From Octopus vulgaris (Eukaryota), in contig OX597816.1 in NCBI GenBank assembly GCA_951406725.2, positions 147,746,001 through 147,810,000 on the forward strand: a DNA stretch of 64,000 nucleotides, in the 5' to 3' direction. This document shows positions 26,938 through 39,120 of the stretch, one piece after another. How positions within the stretch are numbered: position 1 is the stretch's first letter; the number at the start of each line of letters is the position of its first letter. The position numbers were made by a program, and so were the translations under genes. The notes under the pieces are model-generated. The model saw only the letters and a program-made list of their open reading frames with translations. It searched no databases and was not told the DNA's origin.

Positions 26938-27328
26938 TAGAAATATTAAAATTACTAAGTTTCTCTAAAGGAGATTACGGCAGCGTTACTGGATATTAAT
27001 AGATATCGCCATACTAATATGGCAGTCTAAATATAAGACTAAAGCTGTCGTTGATTAGCTCCAAGAGGCCACCGCCTCTAGCTAGCCATATGACACACGA
27101 ACCTGCGTCCATTACAAGCTTCGAACAGGGGAGGTCAGCCGCTTCACCTTGCTAGTCAGACATCTGCAGACATGTTTCAGGGTTGTTGCCCTTTATCAAT
27201 GCAGCATAGTCAGAACCAGCAGGTGTCGCTACTGACCGTCTGTTCGAAGATTTTATTTACCTTAAAAGAAATATTAAAATTACATGTCTGCTGATGTCTG
27301 ACTAGCAAGGTGAAGCGGCTAACTGTTA
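26938..27328 (-). mobile_element. (TA)n-embedded Penelope-LTR/retrozyme-like module with HHR, structured 3' RNA and inverted partial duplication
   Basis: 27137-27175 is inverted at 27282-27320 (1 mismatch); HHR overlaps the inner end of the left arm; TA flanks. Confidence 0.7.
27164..27204 (-). ncRNA. Minimal type-I hammerhead ribozyme, apparently intact (U3-A8 variant)
   Basis: Minus strand: cugca UUGAUAA aggg caacaa cccu GAAA caug UC ugcag; 5-bp stem I, 4-bp stem II, palindromic ACAUGU helix III. Confidence 0.8.
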
Positions 27329-27437
<109 letters not shown>

Positions 27438-28157
27438 CATATATATATATATATATATGTATGTATATATATATGTATATATACGTAGGCGAATACACAC
27501 GCACGCACACACATACAACCATACATATGCATATATACATATAGAGATCCTTATACTGATGTGTGTTCTTGTAGTGCGTGAATGTGTGTGTATGTGTATG
27601 TGTGTGCGTATAGTTAGGAATACATATAAGGATATCTAAAATTAAGAGACACTTGACAATAAAATTAAGTTAAATATTGAAATGAATACGTAATATATTC
27701 TACATCTTTATTTATGGCAGCGTTATACTTAAAAGGAATATTACACATATTAACAGAATTGTCCAGATAACCGTAAAAACGTTTATTCCTAATGTTCACA
27801 TCCTTAAGTACACACACACATGCATGCATGCATGTACACATACATGCATGTATACATATGCATATGCGCACACACATATGCCTATGTATGTATATGAGAT
27901 GACAATATGAAATCATATACATACACACATGCCCTTGCACATAAGTACTGTTCACATATATTTCTTATAACTTTTTACATACGTAGATATACTCATGCAT
28001 TTATGCATATCTGGATGTTTTCCATGTCTTCAAAGTTTGTATGCAGCTATTAAAACCGACATTAAAATTCAGATAAAACTGGTAAATGCAGTAATGTTTT
28101 AGTGTGGCCTGATAGAAAACTAATGCACAATCTGCCTTGGTTATGCTTTCATATTGG

Positions 28158-28193
<36 letters not shown>

Positions 28194-28460
28194 ATACTCA
28201 GTGTTTGTGATACTTTTAATATACGGTTAAGTCTTTGTTGTTGAGGCCCATCAAAATCTTTATCTTGTTATCATGCTATCAAAACTATTCAAACTGAGAT
28301 GATGTCTACTGTTTTTAAACATAGTTTATCTTGGTCTACAATATGAATTATGACCTCTTTTTGTCTTTCCTTTTTTTCTTTTTACCGTTCTTTTCATATA
28401 TGGTTAATCTTTGTGACTTGAAAGAGAGAGTGTGCTGCACTTTTAGACCGATTTCTAGGC

Positions 28461-28523
<63 letters not shown>

Positions 28524-29556
28524 ATGAGGGGGAGGAGGATTCGGAGGAGGAGAAAGAGGGGGTGGAGGCCAAGCCGACGAATTCTGCTGAAAAGATTTCG
28601 ATGTGTGATCATTCTATCAGCTTTTTTCTTCATAAATAGAACCCAATGTGCTCTTTAAGAAAAGTACGATTTTAATGTAATGTGGTCGCTTTTCCTCATT
28701 GTTGTCTCGATTCTTGAGGGAGCCCCACCCCACCAAGTGTCACTTGCGCCTGAAACCAGGCCACATTAAAAAGAACTGTCCCCAGGACCAAAGTAAGGTC
28801 CTGGAACAGCTTGCTATGGAAGAATCCCCACCTCCTCTTTCGGAGTGAGAGATGGAGTCAATGGAGATCTTCCCGAAAAAAAGAGGAAAAAGGAAGAAGG
28901 TGGGAAACAATGGTTGCCCACCGAAGGACCCCAAGGTTGCGGGAGAAAGGGAAGATCCTCCGGTTAAAGCGGAGGAAACTACACCCTCCCGTAGCAAAGG
29001 GGAGAAAAAGAAGAAAAATGGGGCAGTGCCGACTGTTAATACACTACCGGCATATTTCGAAGCCCCGTCGGTGGGTATTGTGCCACCAACGGTGGATGTT
29101 GAAGCCTCGACCCATGTGGAGGATGAATTTTCGGTATTCTTCCGTAGGGGAGATGCGGTTGGAAAGTTCACTAAAAAGTTTGCCAGGAGAGGAGACATAA
29201 CCTGCATTAATGATCCTGGATGGCCTCCGCAGGTAGCTGTGGATGTCATCTCCGACACGGATCTTTTCACGGTAATAAACTCCCTCCCAGAAGATGTATT
29301 CCGCTTCCGTTTAAGGCGCCCTGACCTGGCACTATCGGTGTGCTTAAGCGACGCTTTGAACTTGGTCGGGTACCAGCGGGGCGGAAAATAGTAAAAATTA
29401 AGGGGCTGTGTGCCTCATACTGAAAGGGCATATGGCCCATAAGAGAAAATGTAATAGGCCTGATGTCACATTTGTAAGGACATTGTGTCATTTTTGGTAA
29501 GAGGCTTAGTGCCTCATTGTAAGGACCTTGTGGCCAATGGAACAATAGTAAGAGGT
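28461..29556 (+). mobile_element. Decayed gag-like (CCHC) retroelement fragment after (TAG)n, with a hairpin-rich 3' UTR
   Basis: LEGAPP..CHLRLKPGHIKKNCP (CX2[C>R]X4HX4C) at about 28710-28780; ORF 28852-29391; hairpins gggctgtgtgcc..ggcatatggccc and gaggcttagtgcctc. Confidence 0.6.
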
Positions 29557-30655
29557 TTATTATCTCAAATGTTGTGTTTGTAAAAGAACAATATTTTAGA
29601 GAAGCAGCGACAAGCGGGCGTCGTCTGCCTTCCTTCATTAATACCTTTTTTATCATTCATCTTACTAATGTTATTGTCCAGCCCGCAGCTACTACTTCTA
29701 TGTAATGCATTGATGGCAAATTGAATGAAATAATGCAGATATTTTGTCATCTGTGTTTTCTATACATGTATGTTGATAACTATGATATTTTGTCGAATTT
29801 TATGTATCTTAGTGCTGCTGCTAAGAAAAATTAATTTAGTATGGGTTGTTCTGGAACCATGTTTCTAATTGAACGATGTAGCGTTGTCATACTTGTACAC
29901 TTTTTTCTCAAGAATATGGTAGAACATGTAGCTATGATGTCATTCACGTATGAAATAGTTTCTATATTTTATGGAAGTGGTAAAGAAATTCATTATGCAT
30001 AGATTAAAGTATGGATCAGATAACGTATGGTTGTCGTTCTACATTCGACAAATCTGAAATACTGGACACAACATTGTATACAATAAATCCTGTATATAAA
30101 ATATAATGGAAGCTAGCATACTAACACGTAACTTGTATAGTTTCTAAACAAAGCGTTTAGTATTTTGCGTATAAGGGAATAATAGTAAATGGAACTGGAA
30201 GATTCTTCTGCTAGATGTGATGACTATTACGGTTTTGTTATTTTCTAAAAATCCATCGCGTATATTTGTTTAATGGCATTTAAGTGTAGTGGTCTAAATA
30301 TATGCTAGAATATATTAGCTGCAAAGCATTAGTCTGTGAGATGCTGTTTTAGAGTGGCTTTTTTTTTTTAGGTAATTTCAATTGCCTGTTTCACAGATTC
30401 TGTGGATTTGGTAATGTTGGTAAGACTATTGGAATGCTGCTGAGTGCAAGAATTTCTTCAGGCGCTAGTCAATTTATTTGTATCTTTAGAACACCATCAA
30501 GCTTCTGTGTATTTGCTTGATTTGCTAAAAATAATTGCCATGTTTCTTCAAGCTGCAATAAAAATAGTAAAAGTTGTACAGGATAAACCAATATAAACCA
30601 AGACTAACATCAACAAGAAGAGCAGCAGCGGTGGCAGTAGTAGTAGTAGTAGTAA

Positions 30656-30686
<31 letters not shown>

Positions 30687-30905
30687 TTTTGTCGTTGCTG
30701 TAGTTGTGATATATCTCCAGGTGACCACAAACAAAGCAGGCCTATCATCGATGACACTTGTCATAATTGTCTCTCAAATTATTGAATATACCGTCACATT
30801 TTTATAAGACGGTCGATTTAAGGAGGATTTAGCAACTATTTCTACTACTACTAGCATTACTACTACTACTACTACTTCTACTACTACTACTACTACTACT
30901 ACTAC

Positions 30906-30941
<36 letters not shown>

Positions 30942-30999
30942 CAACAGCAGCACCAACAGCAGAACTGTTTATGAATTTGCATGCAAACGTAATTCTTAT

Positions 31000-31081
<82 letters not shown>

Positions 31082-31129
31082 TAAAAACGGTAAGATATAT
31101 ATTTATGAGTGTGCATATATATAAAACTA

Positions 31130-31340
31130 CCACTCCAACCGTTACGTGGACAAGGGATCCAGATGATCCGATCAACAGGACAACCTACTTATGCAATAAT
31201 TGTGCAAGTGGCTGAGCACTCCACAGGCATAAGTAACGTTAACTACGTGATATAAAGTATCTTGCTCGAGGAAAAACAGCGTCACTGGAATCTAACTCAC
31301 GGCCTTAGGATCGTATACCGAATACACTAATCCCTAAGAT
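31130..31340 (-). mobile_element. Degenerate family-3 SINE
   Basis: gatccgatcaacaggaacaacc and gtggctgagcactccacag shared with 49300-49680. Confidence 0.6.
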
Positions 31341-31357
31341 GTGCATATATATATATA

Positions 31358-31585
31358 TTCAGTGACGCTGGATAAACCGATAAAAACCTTCGCCATGATA
31401 GCTTGCTAGCCACTACACATTCTTTATTTTCTCTCCTTGTTTCTGTCTGTGTTCCTTTCCGTGGAAGAGCATAGTAGGGTCGAAATCTTAAATACTTTTT
31501 CACTTCCTGAGCCTTATACAAATACAACTGTTTGTTGTCTACACCACCTGTCTTCTTCTTTTGTTTTTTTTTTTGTGAATTCTCC

Positions 31586-31586
<1 letters not shown>
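31358..31586 (+). mobile_element. (TA)n-embedded repeat fragment with a degenerate hammerhead-like motif
   Basis: uggAAGA gc auaguag gg ucGAAA ucu UA at about 31462-31490; T-rich flanks; TA on both sides. Confidence 0.4.
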
Positions 31587-31665
<79 letters not shown>

Positions 31666-32821
31666 ACTGTAAGATATCAAAACAAACGTTAAGGCAAGGC
31701 AAACATCTCAAGTCATATGAGCTATGAATTACCGTTACCCATATCATCCGTGTAGCCATGAACTTCTAAAATTAGCAAAGATATCTTCTGTTTACATTGT
31801 TTTGAATAATCTGAAATCTACATATACGTATTTTATGCTTCAACTCAATTACACATTTATGGAGCAGTCGGCGCATTTTTTCCGGTTTTTTTTCCCCTTT
31901 TTATGAATTATCTTCAATGTTAAATTTTCGAATGGTGTTTAACAAAATAGTTCAATGCACAATGTTTGCAAAAATCTTATATAGAAAATTACATTATAGC
32001 TAATTTTTTTTTTCTTTTCAGCTGCTTCTTAAAAATATTTTAATGAACAACACACTCGTTCAGACCGTGTTTCAGGTGTCGAAATCTAAGTACATCATCT
32101 TTTCTTCAACATGGCATTATTGACAAATTTTCAGTGTTCCTTTTGCCCTCATTGAAACATTGCCAATTCGACCACAGTTAAAGCAAACACTTTGTCATCG
32201 ATTACACTAGATAACCTGCAGCAATCGTTATCAGTCTTTCTTCTGGACCTTTTTTAACTACACAAACATAAATGAAACATCAAAACTGTCCGTAACATAA
32301 TTCACCTTTTCGGTTTTGTTTTCTTTCTGTGAAACGCCATAGAAATACTTTCATAAGAAAGTCTCAAAATTTCCTGGTTTTTTCCCCAGAGCTGCAGAAT
32401 AGAGAACAACTGATTATATGTTCGCTACACATAATATTTCGGCGTTCACACATCAAAGGAACACGAGGTAATTACATTATTTCCTTTCTCTTTCTATTCA
32501 TTAGTCAATTTTATGTTCCCTGCACAGCTCCTAAATTAACATTATTCCAACCACTCCCAGTGGAGAGAGAGAATAAAAGGATTCTCGTTCAAGTTAAAGG
32601 CTTAAAACGCCTATTTATTTCTCGCATGTTTTCGAAGGCTTTTCATTTTCTTCAATTTCATTTTCCGTTCATAATGAATGGATTCTTACCTAATCGGATG
32701 AGCACATGTATATTCAATTCTTCTGTCCGGCAAAATCTTCACATACACGAATTTTTTCTAAGTATTTCTTGGTTGTGTCCTTCATTACTTCTAGAATCGC
32801 AATATATGTAATCACAAAGCC

Positions 32822-33385
32822 GGCGAGCTGGAAGAAACGTTAGCACGCCGGGCGAAATGCTTAGCGGTATTTCGTCTGCCGTTACGTTGTGAGTTCAAAT
32901 TCCGCCGAGGTCGACTTTGCCTTTCATCCTTTTGGGGTCGATAAATTAAGCACCAGTTACGCACTGGGGTCGATGTAATCGACTTAATACCTATGTCTGT
33001 TCTTGTTTGTCTCCTCTGTGTTTAGCCCCTTGTGGGTAATAAAGAAATAGGTATTTCGTCTGCCGTTACGTTCTGAGTTCAAATTCCGCCAAGGTCGACT
33101 TTGCATCTCATCCGTTCGAGGTTGATAAATTAAGTACGAGTTACGCACCGGGGTCGATGTAATCGATTTAATCCGTTTGTCTGTCCTTGTTAGTCCCCTC
33201 TGTGGGTAGTAAAGAAATAGGTATTTCGTCTGTCTTTATGTTCTGAGTTCAAATTCTGCCGAGGTCGACATTGCCTTTCATCCTTTCGGGGTCGATAAAT
33301 TGAGTACCAGTTGTGTACTGACATCGATCTTATTGAGTGGCCTCTCCCCAAAAGTTTCGGGATTTGTGCCTAGAGTAGGAAAAAA
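32822..33385 (+). mobile_element. Family-1 SINE as a three-unit tandem array; last unit has an alternative 3' tail
   Basis: Units restart at ggtatttcgtctg (33050, 33220); final tail cctctccccaaaagtttcgggatttgtgcctagagtag. Confidence 0.85.
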
Positions 33386-33870
33386 ATATGTGTAACCACA
33401 AAACTTGAATGAACATTTTAATACTCATTCAAAGATCGTTTTTTCTTGTAATATATTAAGCGAGCTAAAATATATATTAGCATCTTTAATTTCTTCTGAA
33501 TCCAGTTTGTCTTCATTTTGAGAAGAGATGTTTGTTTCAGCATAATATTTCTAAGATTTATTTACTATAATACCAAATCATGGCTTTGATAATCTCATGT
33601 CTGTTTATATTTTTTAACTATAGAAAATCATTTAAAGCATTCATACCTTTATAATGCAAGGAAACGATAGTCAGCGAATTCGAAATTTTACTGCGGAGTG
33701 GCATCCTTAGACGAGTTTGTCTCAATATTTTGCAAAGAAATGATTCGAGCAATCCTTCAATTAATTTAGTTCATTGTTTTACCTGACAGTATATATATAT
33801 ATGTGAGTGTGTGTATGTGCGTGTGTGTGTGTGTGTGTGCGTGCGTGTGTGCGTGTGTGTGTGTGTGTGC

Positions 33871-33963
<93 letters not shown>

Positions 33964-33965
33964 CG

Positions 33966-34163
33966 GACAAACTGCGTAGCCGTATTTCGTCTGCCGTTAT
34001 GTTCTGAGTTCAAATTCCGCCGAGGTCGACTTTGTCTTTCATCCTTTCGGGGTCGATACATTAAGTACCAGCTACGCACTGGGGTCGATATGGTCGGTTT
34101 AATCCGTCTGTCTGTCCTTGTTTGTCTCCTATGTGTTTAGCTCCTTGTGGGTCGTAAAGAAAT
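33966..34163 (+). mobile_element. Family-1 SINE after a (TG)n tract
   Basis: Same core and tail as 15406. Confidence 0.85.
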
Positions 34164-34739
34164 ATGTTATATTGATTGATAAATATAGTTATATAAAAAA
34201 AAAAATTCGGCACATGTTACAAATTATATTCTATGTTCTAAATAGAAAGAATGCCTTCATTGCATTTCATTTTTGATACATATCTCTGACAGAATGATGT
34301 ATGGAGAAGAATAGTTTTGGAAAAAGCGACTCTCACAATACCTGGGTTTTGTGTGTGGTTTATCTTTTGTGTCAGAAAAGAGATATTTCAGATACTGCAG
34401 TATTGTAAAATTTTCTCCTAGAACAATCAATATTGAATGGATCATCTAATTCACTATCACAAACGGATACACAGATTTCACCAATGTAGAACAGGTTTAG
34501 CAGACTGATATATGAGCAGAATTGTCTATTCGTGTATGCAGTTATTCACTATTGCATAAACTTTCTATTACGTTTTATATATATATATATATGTATTTAT
34601 GCATGTATATATGTATAAAATCATATATATATATATATATATATATAGTGTGTTATCTATAAACACCAAATACGATTGACGAAATATGTATACAGTCATG
34701 TGCTTGCGAGTTTGTTCGTCTGTGTGTGTGGCTAGGACA

Positions 34740-35015
34740 AGACAAGAGAAACACCAATGGAGACAGATATCAAGAAACGAAAATGGCGATGGGTAGACCA
34801 CATGCTACGAAAGCCTGCACCAAATGTCACCAAGCAGGCCCTTGGCTGGAACCCACAGCGGAAGCAAAAAGCAGGCTAACCAAAACAGACTTGGTGCCGC
34901 AGTGTCGACTCAGACGTGAGGACAGCTGGAATGATGAGTGCCGAGCTGAAGAGGATCCCCCAGAACCGTGTTAGTTGGAAAAATGTTGTTGCGCTCCTAT
35001 GAGTCAAGAGGCCTA

Positions 35016-35063
<48 letters not shown>
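34740..35063 (+). mobile_element. 3' end of an RTE-clade LINE with (GA)n tail
   Basis: KRKWRWVDHMLRKPAPNVTKQALGWNPQRK..PKQTWCRSV..QNRVSWKNVV. Confidence 0.8.
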
Positions 35064-35067
<4 letters not shown>

Positions 35068-37494
35068 CTAGAGCAATATTTCTCTTACGCTGAATCAATT
35101 TAGAACATTACTAACTTTTTTAGCAACAATATGTATAAGAAGGAAGGCATGTAACACGGGCTTATCAAGGAAAATACACAACTTGGCTCCCCAAAGTAAG
35201 TCTTGTATAAAATTATAAGATAATGCTTTGTGTTAATGGATTAACTGAGAATATTATAAGTATGGTGAATCGATTATTAATTCCCTCAGTTCAGCGAAAA
35301 TATATGTAAGATCTTTAATGAAATCAGTAAATAATGGAGACTTTTTTTTAAATACAGAGAATGAACATTGAACAATGAGAGTACATAGCTATATTGCCAC
35401 AAACTATAGTCTCCATCGAATTATGATAATGAGCAAAGTACTAATAACAAATGGCTTTCTGAAGTAAGCCATCCTGATCACAAGATGTGTTTGGTTTTAA
35501 ACATCTATGAATGCTAAAATTGAAACGCATGAATAATATAACAAATGGAAAAGCAATATCTCTTGACAATATCTTCATGAATCATCTGAAACCTGAGGCA
35601 GAATATAGAAGCAAGATTTTTTTTTTTATCAACTGTCTTCTAACATAAAATATCTAAGGTTATATGGGAAAGCAAAGGTAACTTATGAAAAGATCAATCA
35701 CAAACAGAAACCTGAGTTCTAGTGTCATACTTAAATTTACGAAACACCACACAAATATAATATAGAAAAACGTACATTCAACATCAACACAGATCTGTTG
35801 TGCAGTATATAGATAAGCCTTTCTTTTTTTCCGAGATAAAAACGAAAAAAACTGTATATAAGATTTTCTCAATGAGAAAACGACAGTCGCCCACATTTCT
35901 TTTCTAGGAAATTGTTCACGTAATTCTGACTTGGAACCAACTGATGCCCAGAAACTTAGAAAAGTAGTCTGGCATAATAATTTTAAGCACTTCAACCTAG
36001 AGAACAAAAGTGGATTCCTGTATGAAAGAAATATTGAAAATGCACATTTTTACATCTCTCTCGAGTATGCAAAAAATGCGATAAACATCGTATTAGACCA
36101 GAGTAAGTCAAATTCATAAAAATGCACCAATATTACAAAGACGCTCAATGATTTAGATATGACACCAATAACACTTAATTAAATCTCACTTAAACGGCAC
36201 CTGTAAGCTTCTATGTAGAAGAAATGTCAAGTATAGAATTTTTGACAGCTAAAAGAATGCCGCAACATCCGAAGTCTTCCTTTAGCTGTTCACGTACATC
36301 TCTAGTTTTGAAATCAAGAATCGTCCGCTCCAGTGTCAAAATAGCATGACAGATTATCAAACTCTTTTCACAGATTTGTCATCAATTCTAGCCAAGAAAG
36401 GAGAAGCATATTGAATATCCTGCCATATTCTAGCGGACGATAGCTTCTCAGAGCAACATAAGACATATAAACCTAACTGAACAGAAGATAATCGAAACTA
36501 TAAGCCATTTCACAGAAAGATAAGGGCAGAACCGATAAAATTCCAGTGCTACACCTAAAATCTTATAAGTCTATTCTTTCTAATCTATTGCTAATAAATA
36601 CGCTATTGGCGCTACCTAAGTGCTGTACAACTACCAGAAATTTTAGACGAAATAATATTGAAAATACTACATAAAACAGCAGTAGAGCGCGGTCAATTAT
36701 TCTGAACTTGTGCCACATTCCAAAAGTTACGAATAATATTTCGCCATTTAGAGAGAGACAAGCTTTTTCACACATTATATAACTTCTGGTTTGGGAAAAA
36801 ATTTACACCATAACCAAATTCTTTAGGGTCTCCGACTTGATTCAAGTAGTGCCTGTCTTTATTTCGCTTTCGTCAAAAATCTTTCACTAGACCAACGCTT
36901 ATTTAATGAGTTGAGTTGAAAACATTGTGGCAGAACAATGTTGCATATGAAGTCTCCGCTTTCCGGAATGAAGAAACTGAAATGGTGCCACCCAACAGAA
37001 TTTTATACGTAAACTCTGAATTAAAAAGTGACGTGCTCTAATGTACCCCTCTAGTACTCTTTCTGTTCCTCAGTCTTATCCGGCATATAGAAAAATGTAC
37101 AGTCGATCACAATCAGCGGTCCTGCAGCCGAGACTGTAGTAGTAGTAGAAATTGAGACAAACAATGATACTTATGCTCTACCACGAGATCCAAGCGTCAT
37201 ATTATTGTGGTTAAATAACAACATAGTGTTAACGCTACAAAATTTCATGTTTTATAGTACGTAAATCGATTTAAACAATATGCTGGTTCGTAAAATAGAG
37301 ATAACTATTTGTAAAGAATTTGTCTCTAAAAATGTCTACAGCAAACATCGGTCTAAAAGCTCATTGGCTCGGTAATAGAATGGCGGCATTCTAAAATCCC
37401 TTCTTTAGTCCTCACGAAACGGATCCCCTAGTAGACTAGGACGTTCTTATTAACTGCAGGGATAAAATTTCAAAAGTTATTTTTGTAAATGTAT

Positions 37495-37751
37495 TTTACT
37501 TGTTTCAGTCATTAGACGGCAGCCATTGAAGAAGTTTAGTCAAATGAATGCAGTACATATTTTTTTGTAAAACCTATTACTTATTCCATCGGCCTCTTTT
37601 GCCGAGCCGCTAAGTTTCGAGGACGTACTCACAAGGCTTTGGTCGGTCCGAGACTATAGTAGAAGACACTCATCCAAGGTGTCACGCAGATGGTCTGAAC
37701 CCCAAACCATGTGGTTGAAACGCAAACTTCTTATCACTCGGCCACGCCTGC
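37495..37751 (-). mobile_element. Internally deleted family-2 SINE
   Basis: Matches both ends of 52505-52893. Confidence 0.7.
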
Positions 37752-39075
37752 TCAAATTTATGAAGCTATAGGAGTAAGTATATGTTTTTAAAATTATCGT
37801 TCTTTGTCTGCTTTTAAATTACAGATCAGATATTATTTATATTTATAATTTGATCAAATTCTAACAAAGTTCATGAAATTCCATCGTATTTATAGAATTC
37901 TGTTAAGATCGATCAAAATTATAAAATGGATTTTCAGAAATGTTTATTTTTTTAACCACCAATTAAAATACTTCATTTTATATTACTATAATATGTTACC
38001 TTTTTTGCCTCGGAAGCAACTGGTTTGCTTAATTTTACCAGCATTTTTACTTGTGAAAGGAAGCATTTTTTTGACAATATGCAAGAATTGCCTTAACCAA
38101 GATTCTATTACATGTTATCTTTCTGATGTCAGTTTCTTTACGAAAATCGTGTTTTATTCTATTACTAAATATCTACACATACACACATATTACCCAATAA
38201 GTAATAATTGTGCAATAATTTATGTAATATTGTTCCAGTTATGTAAAAAAAACGTACAAATTCTACTTAAAATATAATACTGTAGATGTGTCAAATTAGA
38301 ATATCTCCTTCAGGTATTAAATTTGAAAGGCAGAAAACAGCATGTATCTAAAGCAGAATGACAAAGCTGACGCCAAAATATTAAACCCATTTCACACAAC
38401 ATCGTTATTGCTAAAGACGTAATTGGCGTTTTTACATATTTGGTCCAAACTGTCAATTATTGTATTTCATAAAGTATTGGAAAACACTTTGTAGAAAAAC
38501 TTACAATATGACAGTAACAAAATTATCGTTCACGCAGTTAAGCTAACGTTGATTTCATGCTGGGTATATTACAAACAAAGCTGCAAATATTTTCACTTTT
38601 CTGAAACGAACTAGTTAACGTTTCGCAAGGCTGAAATTACAGTTTATCGCATTTCTAACGAGGATAGGGACAAAGTATGTAAATCCTTTCATAACAACGT
38701 TAAGGTGCTATTAGGTTTTCAAATGATGTTTACAGCATTCCTAATATCCATTTGCATACAAATATATACACATATATCGAAGGTCATTTATCAATCCAAT
38801 CCGAGTTAGTGGCAAGTAATAGACCTTTGTTCACATATCTGACCAATGGAATAGAAATTGGATTTACATTATTGTGGATGGAACTTATTAAGCATAGAAT
38901 TATATGTCTATACTTTTCTACATGTGCTTCATGCAATACATATACTTAAAATTATTGCACAATTATTACTTGCTGAGTAGTTGATGTGTGTGTATGTGTG
39001 GAAATTAAGTAATAGAATAAAACATGATCTTCGTAAAGAAAGAGAAATTTGACGATTCACGTTTCTAGTAGTATG

Positions 39076-39120
<45 letters not shown>

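Noticed and set aside
35300-37100. Possible ancient LINE remnant
   Set aside because: Too decayed to identify diagnostic RT motifs with confidence.
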